The position numbers and the translations under genes were made by a program. Positions 32,063 to 45,875 of a stretch of DNA of 64,000 nt are shown in pieces. The DNA is from an uncultured bacterium (GTDB taxonomy: Bacteria > Chloroflexota > UBA5177 > JANWHV01), in the NCBI GenBank assembly GCA_963827235.1, contig CAWHAE010000016.1:288001-352000 (forward strand), read 5' to 3'. The notes under the pieces are model-generated. The model worked only from the letters and a program-made list of their open reading frames with translations. It was not told where the DNA came from and did no database searches. Numbering within the stretch: position 1 is the stretch's first letter; every line of letters begins with the position of its first letter.

Positions 32063-32527
32063 GATCGGCATCGCGTCTGGTCCTCCGCCGCGTGAGCATT
32101 AGAAACAGACCACGACCCCACATTCGACGGAAGAATGCGGGGTCGTGGTCTGTTCACCCGAACCGGTAGTGCTTCACGACATGACACATGGCGCGCCGAC
32201 CTGTACCATCCGGCATTCGAACCTTCGGCCTATCGAACGTGAGTCCATGGCGTCGCCGGCTGTTCTCGCCGCCGCCGGCGCGATATGGCACTATCTGACC
32301 AACCGTACCCGGCGTTTCAATCTCGGATGGCCCAAGCAGCAGACGCATCAGGCCGGCCCGGGTGCCGCAGGCCGCGGTAGCACTCGGCGCGGCGGCAGCT
32401 TTCTCCGGTCTGCTGCTCTCTACCGGCCACGCCTCGCCGGCCCTGCTGCGTCTCTGCCTGGTCGTCGTGATCTGGCGGGTGGCCACCAGACCGGGCCGAC
32501 GGCGAGCCGGTTTGCTCCTGGGCGCGC

Positions 32528-33598
32528 TCAAGCCCGGGCCACTTCCATATTGTCGTAGCCCTTGAGCCGGTAGATCAGCGTCGAGGCCATCCAGGCGACG
32601 ACAAAGATGCCGATGATGAAGAAGCCCATCTTGTTCAAGTCGATGTCGTCTGCGATGAATCGCCAGAACCCGCCGCTCCCGCCCAGTTCCTGGCCGATCA
32701 CCTGCAACGCCTCCAGCATGCCGATCACCAGGGCCACCAGCACGGAGATCAGCGTGATGTTCAGGTTGTAGTACAGCTTGCGAATCGGCTTCACGAAGGC
32801 CCAGCCGTATGCCCCAAGCATCAGCACCGAATCCGTCGTGTCGATTAACGTCATGCCGGCCATGAACATCAAGGGAAACACCAGGATGAAGGCGATGGGT
32901 AGGTGCGAGGTGCCTGCCGCACCGCCCGTGGCTACGATGCCCAACAGTCCCACCTCGGTGGCCGTGTCAAAGCCAAGACCGAACAGGATGCCGACAGGAT
33001 ACATCTTCCATGAGGAATCGACCTGCCTGATGATCGGTCGGAACAGGCGAGCCAGCAGCCCGCGTTGGTTGAGATACTCCTCGACGCTCTGCTCCTCGTA
33101 CGCGCCGCCACCAGCCACCTGCCGCCACATCTTGTAGATGTCGACGAGGACCAGGATATTGATCGCCGCGATCAGCAGGAGGAAGACTGCAGACACGGTG
33201 GTACCTATGATGCCGATATTGGCGCTGAGCGCCCCATTCTTGACGTCGGTCTGAATCACTTTGAGGGAAAGAGCCAGCAGGAGTGACAGGCCTACCACGA
33301 TCGTCGAGTGACCGAGAGAGAAGAAGACACCGACACCGACCGGGCGCTTGCCGTCCTGCATCAGCTTCCGGGTCACGTTGTCGATAGCGGCGATGTGGTC
33401 GGCATCGACTGCGTGGCGAAGCCCGAAGGTGTAAGCAGTCACGGCTGAAGCGAGGAAGAACGAGTAGTCAGCCGACGCCGCCAGGGTGAGCGCCCAGGCC
33501 ACGATATTCAGCAGGCCCAATCCCCCGTACAGGGAAACGAGCCGGCGCCTGGCATCGGAAGGCAATGCACGATAGACGCTGAGGAAGTTTCGCACCAC
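32528..33598 (-). CDS. HoxN/HupN/NixA (NiCoT) family Ni/Co permease
   Basis: Signatures RHAVDADHIAAID, FSLGHSTIV, LGFDTATE. GTG follows AAGGAG. Confidence 0.95.
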   Translation of the reverse strand: MVRNFLSVYRALPSDARRRLVSLYGGLGLLNIVAWALTLAASADYSFFLASAVTAYTFGLRHAVDADHIAAIDNVTRKLMQDGKRPVGVGVFFSLGHSTIVVGLSLLLALSLKVIQTDVKNGALSANIGIIGTTVSAVFLLLIAAINILVLVDIYKMWRQVAGGGAYEEQSVEEYLNQRGLLARLFRPIIRQVDSSWKMYPVGILFGLGFDTATEVGLLGIVATGGAAGTSHLPIAFILVFPLMFMAGMTLIDTTDSVLMLGAYGWAFVKPIRKLYYNLNITLISVLVALVIGMLEALQVIGQELGGSGGFWRFIADDIDLNKMGFFIIGIFVVAWMASTLIYRLKGYDNMEVARA

Positions 33599-33796
33599 GA
33601 GCCGTTTCTCCTTCGCAACCTTGCCGACCGGCAACCATCGAGACGTACGCCCACATCGCGGACCATCGGCGCCATGACCCGGCGAATCACTCCCACCTTG
33701 CACGCCCAACACCAAGAGAATACCCGAAGATGCAACTCTTTGCACCTAGTTCTTGCTACACGAGCACGTCCTTGAGCCTGATGTGTAGCCAATTGA

Positions 33797-33808
33797 ACAC
33801 GTACACTG
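33797..33808. promoter_or_regulatory. Candidate operator in the divergent NiCoT/phosphoesterase intergenic region
   Basis: ACACGTACACTG; its reverse complement CAGTGTACGTGT is near-identical to 29241-29252. Confidence 0.35.
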
Positions 33809-33867
33809 GGGATTAGCGGGCCAGCCCGGGCGCGGGCGCGATACTGAGCGTTATTGAGGGAGCGCAC

Positions 33868-36819
33868 GTGATGCGAATGCCGATGAGACGCCTGGCGATT
33901 ATTCCGCTCCTACTTGCGCCGCTGCTTCTCAGCAGCACGCGTGTGCGCGAGGCGGCTGCCCTCCCTAGGGGCACCGCGGCCGGCGGAGCCGGCCCGTCGT
34001 CGCCGACCGGCACCTACGCCTACGGCACAGTGCTGCCTGACGGGCGGTTGGTCACGCCCGCCGGCACACTATATGACGTTGGCGACTTTCCCATCGGTCT
34101 GGCTATTTCGCCGGATGGCGTGCTCGCCGCCGCCATCAACAGCGGGCAGGGCTTCGGGCTCAACAAGGGATTCCAGAGCTACTGCACTGCGGTAGGTCAG
34201 GGCGGCGCCCCGTGCCCGTACGCTAATCCGACCAACCCGGTGCTCGCTGCCACGGCCGGCGATCGGTCAACACGCGCCCCCGATGAGTCGCTGACCGTAG
34301 TCAACCTGCGCACGGGCACGAGAACACAGGTGACAGCCGTGCCTACTACTTATGATCCGGCGCATCATGGAAGCGGCAGCTACAACGACTTCTACAGTGG
34401 CGTCACCTTCTCGCCCGACGGTTCGCACCTCTACGCCGCCGGCGGAGCCAACGACGCACTCTACGACTTCGCCGTGCATGGCGACTCGGTAAGCCCGTCT
34501 CCGCTCCATACCGTCAGGCTGCCGAGCAGCGTGCCGAGCGTGATCGGCTCGGGCATCACCAAGGACGTGGCGGTAACGCCGGACGGTAAGTACGTGCTCG
34601 TCACGCACGAGCTCAACGATTCACTGGACATTGTCGACGCCGCTACACAACAGGTGCACAGCGTCAGCTTCGGCTTGCCGTTCCTCGGTAGCGGTTATCC
34701 GTACGGTGTGGCGGTGAGCCCCGACGGCGGCACGGCCTATGTGGCCCTGCAGGGCGCCGGCAGCGTGGCCGTGGTCACGCTGCGCGGTGGGATCGGCCTC
34801 GTCCACCAGCGCATCACCGTGGGAGACCATCCGACTGCGCTGGCACTGAGCCCGGACGGATCCCAGCTCTACGTGGCCAACACGAACGACGATACGCTCT
34901 CCATCGTGATCACGGCGAGCGGCCGCCTGGCCGCATCAATCCCACTGCACGCCCTTTCGGGCGAGAAGCTCGGCTCCTCGCCGGACGCGGTTGCCGTGAG
35001 CCCGAACGGGCGACGGCTCTACGTAGCGCTGGCAGGCGACGACGCCGTGGCCGTGCTCGGAAGCGACGTCGCTGCTCCGAAAGCCGGCTCCAGCCCGCCG
35101 GCGACCACCTTTCGCCTGCAGGGATTCATTCCCGCGGCGTGGTATCCGAGCGCGGTAGCCGTGAGTCGCGGTGGTGATGCCGTCTACATCGTGAATGCGA
35201 AAGGGCTGGGCAGCAGGCCCGGCCCGATCACCTCATCTTTCGAGTACGTGGGGAACAACATGCCGGGCCTGCTGCAGGCTGTGCCCGCCCCCACTCTGTC
35301 CGCACTTCGACATGGCGCGGCGACGGCCCGTGAGGATATCCAGTACGCTCAGGCCGACGACGCCAGCCGCTCCGCGCACAATCCGATTCCTGCCGGCCCG
35401 GGCGGCTCGAGCCCGATCCAGCATGTGGTTCTGGTTGTGCGCGAGAATCGCACCTTCGATCAGGTGCTCGGCGACGCCGGCGCCGACGAAGGGCGCAACC
35501 GGGCTCAGCTCGACGGCTACCCGCCCTATACCGTGTTCGGGCGGGAGACAACGCCGAATGCCCATGCCCTGGTTGGCGATCCGCTGCCCGGGACGCGCGA
35601 TCCCGCGTATGCCACGAGCGACAACTTCTACTCGGACGGCGAGGCAAGCATCCAGGGTCACTACTGGACGACCAGCGCCGACGTGTCCGATTACGTCGAG
35701 AAGTCGTGGCGTCTCTACTACTCACCTCGGCCACACCTGGAAGATCCATTGTCGTCGCTGGCTGAGCCCGGTGGCTGCTCCATTTTCCAGTCGGCCTTGC
35801 AGCGGCAGGCTGACTCGCACGGCGCATTCACGTTCCGCGACTACGGGGAGGTGATCGGCGTGAGCAATCCCGCCGCCATCGCGGGCGCGCTCACGCTCCC
35901 GGGCAACGCCTCGCTCGGCGTGGTGGAGCACTGCGCCGCCGTTCCGGGCGTGGACCTTGACTTCGCGAACGGCAGCATCTTCACGTTCGATACCGACAAC
36001 CGGAAGGACGCCACATCATTCCTGGCCGACAATGGCCTCACCACGGCGGGCTCGCAGATTCCCGGCTCGCGGGCAAGCCTGCGAGACTTTAGCTACCTGA
36101 TCCTGCCTGGGGACCACACCGGCGGCCTTGCCTTCGCGGACACGCCTCGCGCCCGAGTAGCTCAGAACGATGCCGGGATGGGTCTGATCGTGCAATCGCT
36201 CAGCCACTCACGCTATTGGTCGAGCACCGCCATCTTCGTGATGGAGGACGACAGCCAGGATGGGCTCGATCATGTCGACGGGCACAGGAACCTGCTCTAC
36301 GCGATTAGCCCCTATGCCAAGCACAGCGGGCCCGACGGCAAGCCCGGGTACGTCAGCCACGTGCACTACAGCCAGGCATCGGTGCTCAAGACAATTGAGC
36401 TGATCCTCGGATTCCCGTATCTGTCCACATACGACCAGAATGCTTCGCCGCTCTACAACCTGTTTCAAGACAAGGACATCGCTGCCGAGCTGACCGCGAC
36501 GGACATGGCGCCGTACGTCGTGCAGCGATCGCCTTCGTTCATCGACGAGACGTCCGCCCAATACAGGAGGGCGAACCCGGCCACCTCGCTCGCCCCGGCG
36601 CGAGAATCGCTAACGCTCAACCTTCAGGCGGTCGATCTGGCCGGGCCGATGCTCGAGGTGGTGGATTGGCAGATCGCGCATCCCAGGACAAGACTGCCGC
36701 AGCCCCTGGTCCACGAGCTGCGGCAGTCCCGCCTGGCTATTCAACTCTCCGGCCCTGTCGCGCGCCTCTTCACACCGCTCGGCTCAGCTTCTAGGCCGGC
36801 CGGCGGTCCCCGACGATGA
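33868..36819 (+). CDS. Secreted YncE/YVTN beta-propeller fused to a phosphoesterase/alkaline-phosphatase-superfamily domain
   Basis: Signal peptide, repeated SPDG..LYVAN blades, VVRENRTFDQVLGD and EDDSQDGLDHVDGHR. Confidence 0.88.
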   Translation: MMRMPMRRLAIIPLLLAPLLLSSTRVREAAALPRGTAAGGAGPSSPTGTYAYGTVLPDGRLVTPAGTLYDVGDFPIGLAISPDGVLAAAINSGQGFGLNKGFQSYCTAVGQGGAPCPYANPTNPVLAATAGDRSTRAPDESLTVVNLRTGTRTQVTAVPTTYDPAHHGSGSYNDFYSGVTFSPDGSHLYAAGGANDALYDFAVHGDSVSPSPLHTVRLPSSVPSVIGSGITKDVAVTPDGKYVLVTHELNDSLDIVDAATQQVHSVSFGLPFLGSGYPYGVAVSPDGGTAYVALQGAGSVAVVTLRGGIGLVHQRITVGDHPTALALSPDGSQLYVANTNDDTLSIVITASGRLAASIPLHALSGEKLGSSPDAVAVSPNGRRLYVALAGDDAVAVLGSDVAAPKAGSSPPATTFRLQGFIPAAWYPSAVAVSRGGDAVYIVNAKGLGSRPGPITSSFEYVGNNMPGLLQAVPAPTLSALRHGAATAREDIQYAQADDASRSAHNPIPAGPGGSSPIQHVVLVVRENRTFDQVLGDAGADEGRNRAQLDGYPPYTVFGRETTPNAHALVGDPLPGTRDPAYATSDNFYSDGEASIQGHYWTTSADVSDYVEKSWRLYYSPRPHLEDPLSSLAEPGGCSIFQSALQRQADSHGAFTFRDYGEVIGVSNPAAIAGALTLPGNASLGVVEHCAAVPGVDLDFANGSIFTFDTDNRKDATSFLADNGLTTAGSQIPGSRASLRDFSYLILPGDHTGGLAFADTPRARVAQNDAGMGLIVQSLSHSRYWSSTAIFVMEDDSQDGLDHVDGHRNLLYAISPYAKHSGPDGKPGYVSHVHYSQASVLKTIELILGFPYLSTYDQNASPLYNLFQDKDIAAELTATDMAPYVVQRSPSFIDETSAQYRRANPATSLAPARESLTLNLQAVDLAGPMLEVVDWQIAHPRTRLPQPLVHELRQSRLAIQLSGPVARLFTPLGSASRPAGGPRR

Positions 36820-36869
36820 CGACGTACGGAAGAGAGCTCAGCGGGCCCGATCGACCATCGTAGCTCGCC

Positions 36870-38072
36870 TCAAGGGCGCACCGCGGTGCCGTCGGGAAGG
36901 CGTGTCATCGTCCACTCGGGCACGCCGTCTTCGCATGGGTATTTAGCAGCTTCGGACTCGTCGATATCGACGCCCAGTCCGGGTGCTTCGTGCACGTAGG
37001 CGTACCCGTTCTGTATCTGCGGGCAGCCGGGAAACACCTGCTGCTCGGCCTCCGAGAAGCTCGACCACTCCTGCACGCCGAAGTTGCTCGATGCGAGGTC
37101 GAGATGCAGGTTAGCGGCATGTCCAATCGGCGACACGTCGCCGGGGCCGTGCCAGGCGGTGCGCACGCCGTACCACTCGCAGAGCATCGCGAGCTTGCGC
37201 GCCGGAGTGAGTCCGCCGATCGCACTCAGATGCACGCGGATGAAGTCGATAAGCCGGTTGGTCACCAGGGACTTCCACTCCAGTGGATGAGTGAACAGCT
37301 CGCCCATGGCAATCGGCGTTGCACTCTGCTGCCGGATCATGGTGAACCACTCTACGTGTTCCGGCGCCAGGGGATCTTCGAGGAAGAACAAGCGATATGG
37401 TTCCAGGGCTTTCGCCATGCGCACAGCTTCGATCGGCGCCACCCGCTCGTGCACGTCGTGCAGCAGCTCGATCTCGAAACCGACATGCGATCGCATGTAG
37501 TCGAACAGGGGCGGAATACTTCGGGCGTAGCCGTCCGCGTCGAAGTAGGCGCCGGGCTGGGCATCGACAGGACGATGCCGCCTGGGACCCAGTCCGCCGT
37601 AGCCGCCCAACTGGCAGCGCAGGAACATGTAGCCCTGCTCCATATAGGCGCGAACCTTTTCCTCCACCTCTGCCGGCTCTCGTCCGTCGCAATGGCGGTA
37701 CACGGCCACTCCCTCGCGGCACTTGCCTCCCAGCAGCTGGTAGACCGGCAGGTTGGCCAGCTTGCCCTTGATGTCCCAGAGTGCCATGTCGAGCCCGGAG
37801 AGCGCGTTGTTCAGCACCGGTCCGTTGCGCCAGTACGAGTTCTGGTAAACAAGCTGCCACAGGTCCTCGATTCGTTGCGGATCCTTACCCACCACGCACG
37901 GCCGAACATACTCGTCGACCGCAGCCTTCACCGCCAGGGGCCGCTGCGTGAACGTGGCACAGCCCAGGCCGTACAGTCCCGGCTCACTGGTCTCGACTTT
38001 CACCACGACGAGACGAATGCCGCTTGGCGCCGTGAGGATAGCACGGACGTCGCGAATGGTCACCGTAGACAT
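36870..38072 (-). CDS. Enolase-superfamily acid-sugar dehydratase (RspA/D-mannonate dehydratase subgroup)
   Basis: YWRNGPV, LLHDVHER, FFLEDP, GELF, RTAWHGPGDVSP. Confidence 0.9.
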   Translation of the reverse strand: MSTVTIRDVRAILTAPSGIRLVVVKVETSEPGLYGLGCATFTQRPLAVKAAVDEYVRPCVVGKDPQRIEDLWQLVYQNSYWRNGPVLNNALSGLDMALWDIKGKLANLPVYQLLGGKCREGVAVYRHCDGREPAEVEEKVRAYMEQGYMFLRCQLGGYGGLGPRRHRPVDAQPGAYFDADGYARSIPPLFDYMRSHVGFEIELLHDVHERVAPIEAVRMAKALEPYRLFFLEDPLAPEHVEWFTMIRQQSATPIAMGELFTHPLEWKSLVTNRLIDFIRVHLSAIGGLTPARKLAMLCEWYGVRTAWHGPGDVSPIGHAANLHLDLASSNFGVQEWSSFSEAEQQVFPGCPQIQNGYAYVHEAPGLGVDIDESEAAKYPCEDGVPEWTMTRLPDGTAVRP

Positions 38073-38352
38073 GAGCGCCTCCCTGAGCATTCACTTTCGG
38101 AATTCGGCGGGGCCTACCGGCTGGCAACCGGCGAAGACGCCGCCAACGCGGCTCGCTTTTGTCAGGCCGCGACCAGCCTCATGATATATCGCCCGCACCC
38201 GACCGGCATCCTCATCCGCGGCGGCAGCGGGATGAAACCGACATCGGCTAGCGGCCCAGAGTCACCTGTAGTACGCTTCCAGCAGAGTGAGTCGTAGGGC
38301 TCGGGCCTGCCGGTGGCAAGCGATTGGCGCACCGAAGAAGAAGAGGTGACTG

Positions 38353-39150
38353 ATGGACGTATCGAGCGAGCGCGCTCCGTTTTGGCTGGGCGATGAGGTG
38401 GCACTTGTCACAGGAGCCGGTTCCGGCATCGGGGCAGAAATCGCCCGTCTCTTCGCCAGGCAAGGTGCCAGGGTGGTCATAGGCGACGTGGACGAACAGC
38501 GGGGCAGCGCGGTGGCACGCGAAGTGGCCAAGGCGTTCGATGGGCGGTGCCGATTCCAGCCGATGGACGTAGCGAGCGCTGCTTCCGCTCGCTCCGCCGT
38601 TCAGGCAACTGTGGACGCCTTCGGCGGTCTGCACATCTTGGTCAATAACGCGGGAATTGGCTACGTCGGCGACCTGCTTGAGACCGACGAGCAGGAGTTC
38701 GCCCGCCTGATGGGCGTCAACGTGACCGGCGTGTTCAACTGTTCCAAGGCTGCTGTGGCCTGGATGGTCGAGCACGGGGGCGGAGTCGTGGTCAACATCG
38801 CCTCCGTGGCCGGCCAGGTCGGCGTGAGGCGCCGATTCGCCTACGGCGCTTCCAAGGGCGCCGTGATCGCCATGACGAAGAGCATGGCAGTCGACCTGGT
38901 TGACCGCGGCGTGCGTGTGAACTGCATCTGCCCTGGCACCATACATACGCCATTCGTGGACGGCTACCTCGATCGCTTCCATGCCCACAATCGCGAGGAA
39001 ACCCTGGCGGGCCTCCACTCGCGCCAACCGGTTGGACGCATGGGCAGGCCGGACGAGATTGCGTACGCTGCCCTGTACCTTGCCTCCGACGAAGCGTCCT
39101 TTGCCACCGGCGCCGCGATGGTCGTGGATGGCGGACTGACCGCGCAATAG
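38353..39150 (+). CDS. Short-chain dehydrogenase/reductase
   Basis: TGAGSGIG, NNAG, catalytic YGASK. Confidence 0.93.
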   Translation: MDVSSERAPFWLGDEVALVTGAGSGIGAEIARLFARQGARVVIGDVDEQRGSAVAREVAKAFDGRCRFQPMDVASAASARSAVQATVDAFGGLHILVNNAGIGYVGDLLETDEQEFARLMGVNVTGVFNCSKAAVAWMVEHGGGVVVNIASVAGQVGVRRRFAYGASKGAVIAMTKSMAVDLVDRGVRVNCICPGTIHTPFVDGYLDRFHAHNREETLAGLHSRQPVGRMGRPDEIAYAALYLASDEASFATGAAMVVDGGLTAQ

Positions 39151-39393
39151 GCCTATCTGCCTAGTGCCGGTGATCTAGGGCAGTTGACGCAGCCGGCGCC
39201 GATAGACTACACGGCCGGCAGACGGTTGCTTGCTGGGGATGCTAAGCTGGTCAAGGCAATATCGCCGCGTGGGGCATGTCTCGTTCCGAGAGGTGTCTAG
39301 CCACGAGCGGTCCATGCATGCGACGAACTGATACGCGACCAGCCGCGTCAAACGCGAATCTGGAGCCCTTTCCCCGTCGAGCGGCGCTGCACT

Positions 39394-40908
39394 GTGCGAG
39401 CAGTGGACGCGCCCCGCCCGGCGACCGGGCATAACTGGAGCAGGAGACGGGTCAAGCTGAGCCACATACCAAGTAGCGGCGCACGCGAGGCGGTACAGCG
39501 GCTCTTCCGAGCTGCCGTGCGCTCGCTGCCGCGTGACCCTCGACGACGTGGTGTCGCGGGCGCGATCCTGGCCGCCGTGGCGGTCGCTCTCGTGGCTCTC
39601 ATCGTGACCTTGAACGGCACGCACAGAGCCGCCGTCCCCGTGCCCACTCCGACGCCGGCACCGGCCCCTCGGCCGCCGGTCGCCGCACCTACCCGAATCG
39701 TGCGCTTACCCTCGCCTACCGGTACACCGGCGGCGCAGCCGACTCCACGGCCATCATCCACGAGCCGCGCACGGCGCATAGCGACCGCCACCGCGACCGC
39801 CCGTCCGCGAAGCACGCGCCCTCGCCCCACACCGACGCGGCGATTACCACCCGCGACTCCGGCGCGTCGGCGCGCCACTTCCACTCCCCGGCGATTCACG
39901 CCCACGCCCACCGTCAAGCCGAGTCCGACTGCCAGTCCGACGCCCACGATGCACCCGTCGTTTGTCCCGGGTCCACTCAACGGCGAGAAGACAGCCTGGG
40001 CCGTCGCGCATCGCCGGCCCATCGCGGTGATGGTAGAGAACTACGATCCGGACTCGCGACCGCAGACGGGATTGTCGTCTGCCAGCCTGGTGTTCGAGAC
40101 CGTGGCGGAAGGCGGCATCACGCGTTTCATGCCGGTCTACCTGGAGAACGTTCCCGCCGAGGTCGGCCCAGTGCGCAGTGCCAGGGTGTATTTCAATGCC
40201 TGGGCCAACGGGCTGCACGCCATACTCGTCCACGCTGGAGGCAACGACGACGCCCTGGCGCAGCTCTTCACCCTGCATAACATCGCCGACGTCAATGAAG
40301 TCAAATGGGAGAATGCTTACTACAACCCCACGGTGCCGTTCTTTGCGCGCTCGCCGGACAGGGTGATTCCGCACAATATGTACACATTCCCGCTCAAGGT
40401 GCTGGCGTACGAGCGGAGCCAGCACGTCCAGATATCCGGCAGCTTCCCGGACTCGTTGCAACATCACGTGCCCGACAATCCCATCCACCGTCCAACTGGA
40501 GGCGTGCTGGACGTCAACTTCTCCTGGTCGGACTACGCCGTCGAGTACCGCTACGATCGGGCCTCGAACCGCTATCCACGCTTCATGGGCGGCGCTCCGC
40601 ACGTGGAGGCCAGTACCGGTCACCAGCTCGCGCCCAGCAACATCGTGGTCATGATGGCGTCAATAGAGCCCGATCCGTACGGCGGTGCTTCCAACCCGGG
40701 CGCGGTGTACGTGCAATCCACGGGGAAGAACCTCGCCTATCTCTTCCGGGACGGCCGGGAGATCAAGGGGACCTGGCACAAGCCGCACGGCAGCAGTCAT
40801 CTGCTCCTGCTGGACAAGCACGGAAGGCCCTTCTCCTTCAACCCCGGGCAGACGTGGATCGAGGTCCTCCCCGCGACCGGAAGCATGAGCTGGACGGCCG
40901 GGAAATGA
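39394..40908 (+). CDS. DUF3048 (YerB-like) membrane-anchored protein with a Pro/Thr/Arg-rich stalk (start uncertain)
   Basis: TM helix, PTPT repeats, RPIAVMVEN...RPQTGL...AEGGITRF...GPVRSAR...PGQTWIEV. Confidence 0.85.
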   Translation: MRAVDAPRPATGHNWSRRRVKLSHIPSSGAREAVQRLFRAAVRSLPRDPRRRGVAGAILAAVAVALVALIVTLNGTHRAAVPVPTPTPAPAPRPPVAAPTRIVRLPSPTGTPAAQPTPRPSSTSRARRIATATATARPRSTRPRPTPTRRLPPATPARRRATSTPRRFTPTPTVKPSPTASPTPTMHPSFVPGPLNGEKTAWAVAHRRPIAVMVENYDPDSRPQTGLSSASLVFETVAEGGITRFMPVYLENVPAEVGPVRSARVYFNAWANGLHAILVHAGGNDDALAQLFTLHNIADVNEVKWENAYYNPTVPFFARSPDRVIPHNMYTFPLKVLAYERSQHVQISGSFPDSLQHHVPDNPIHRPTGGVLDVNFSWSDYAVEYRYDRASNRYPRFMGGAPHVEASTGHQLAPSNIVVMMASIEPDPYGGASNPGAVYVQSTGKNLAYLFRDGREIKGTWHKPHGSSHLLLLDKHGRPFSFNPGQTWIEVLPATGSMSWTAGK

Positions 40909-41000
40909 CCGGCGGTATTCCGGATATCTCAGCCCCTGCAAGATTCCAAGCCGCTACCATTGAGAAGCGCTCAGCAAGCAGCCCGAGAAAGGGTACAGAC

Positions 41001-41381
41001 ATGGCAGTACGAAGAGTGCAGGTGTTCTCCGTCCCGGTTTCAGACCAGGCCCGCGCGCGTGATTTCTACGTCGGCACGCTGGACTTCGATCTGATCTCAG
41101 ACACGCCCATGGGGCCGGAGCAACGCTGGGTCCAGGTGGCTCCGAAGGGCGCTGCCACGTCAATTACCCTGGTAACCTGGTTCGACTCGATGCCGCCCGG
41201 TTCCATGCAAGGCATCGTTCTGGAGACGGACAGTCTGGAGGCCGACATCGAGCTTCTGAGCGGGCGCGGCGTCAAATTCGACGGCGCCATAGAGGAGCAG
41301 CCGTGGGGTCGATTCGTGACGTTCTCCGACCCAGACGGGAACGGCTTCGTGCTTCAGGCCCCGGCACACCCCGGCGTCTGA
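41001..41381 (+). CDS. VOC/glyoxalase family protein
   Basis: VPVSDQARARDFY and QPWGRFVTFSDPDGN. ATG 41001 chosen over the long upstream extension. Confidence 0.88.
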   Translation: MAVRRVQVFSVPVSDQARARDFYVGTLDFDLISDTPMGPEQRWVQVAPKGAATSITLVTWFDSMPPGSMQGIVLETDSLEADIELLSGRGVKFDGAIEEQPWGRFVTFSDPDGNGFVLQAPAHPGV

Positions 41382-41390
41382 GCGCGAGAC

Positions 41391-41432
41391 ACGCGAGCTG
41401 CCCAGTGCCGAACCACGCCGGGCAGCTCGCGT
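41391..41432. terminator. 13-bp inverted repeat between convergent VOC and argG genes
   Basis: ACGCGAGCTGCCC-N16-GGGCAGCTCGCGT. Confidence 0.65.
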
Positions 41433-41443
41433 TTGTCGTATGA

Positions 41444-45403
<3,960 letters not shown>

Positions 45404-45875
45404 ATTACCGTGCGCTGCCGCAGACGTCCGCGTCTGGGCTCGGAGCTAGAGGCGCCGCTCGCCCCTGATGAAGTGCCGGTAGTGTCCGTGCCGGTGCTGA
45501 GGAGGCCGGGACGCTGCCGGCGGCTGCGTGCCGCCCAGGGCCGGTGCTCGATCGTGTGATTGACCACGTAGCACACCGTCTGCTAGTCTGGCCGTGGATA
45601 TGGCCGTGGGGCCTGGCGCGCCCGGTGTCATGGGCTTTGCTGGAACTAGGACGTGGCGGCTGCATTCTCAGTGCCTGCATGGAATGCCTGACTCGTGCCG
45701 TCTCGAGTCCGGTCCTCGGGCGTCGGCGACTCCAACGTACGTCTCGCAGGTCTTGTCGGCCATGAAAAGCACGGTCGCGGACTTCTACGGCCGGAAGTTC
45801 AGGAACTGGTGCGGCAATCGCATGTCCTGGACGATCGCCTAAGCCGCGAAGCCATGGAGTCGTGAGACGTATCGA

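Noticed and set aside
32145-32527. Two overlapping short ORFs with hydrophobic stretches; possible pseudogene remnant
   Set aside because: No recognisable motif, and they run into the convergent NiCoT gene
36870-39150. Divergent RspA-like dehydratase and SDR as a novel pathway
   Set aside because: A common acid-sugar catabolic pairing; nothing unusual is visible and the substrate cannot be inferred
40305-41000. Apparent 232-aa N-terminal extension on the VOC protein
   Set aside because: It overlaps the DUF3048 gene in another frame. The real start is ATG 41001 with a purine-rich RBS
45404-45875. 470-bp gap between the GT-C genes with several short ORFs
   Set aside because: No convincing coding signal, RBS or structured repeat
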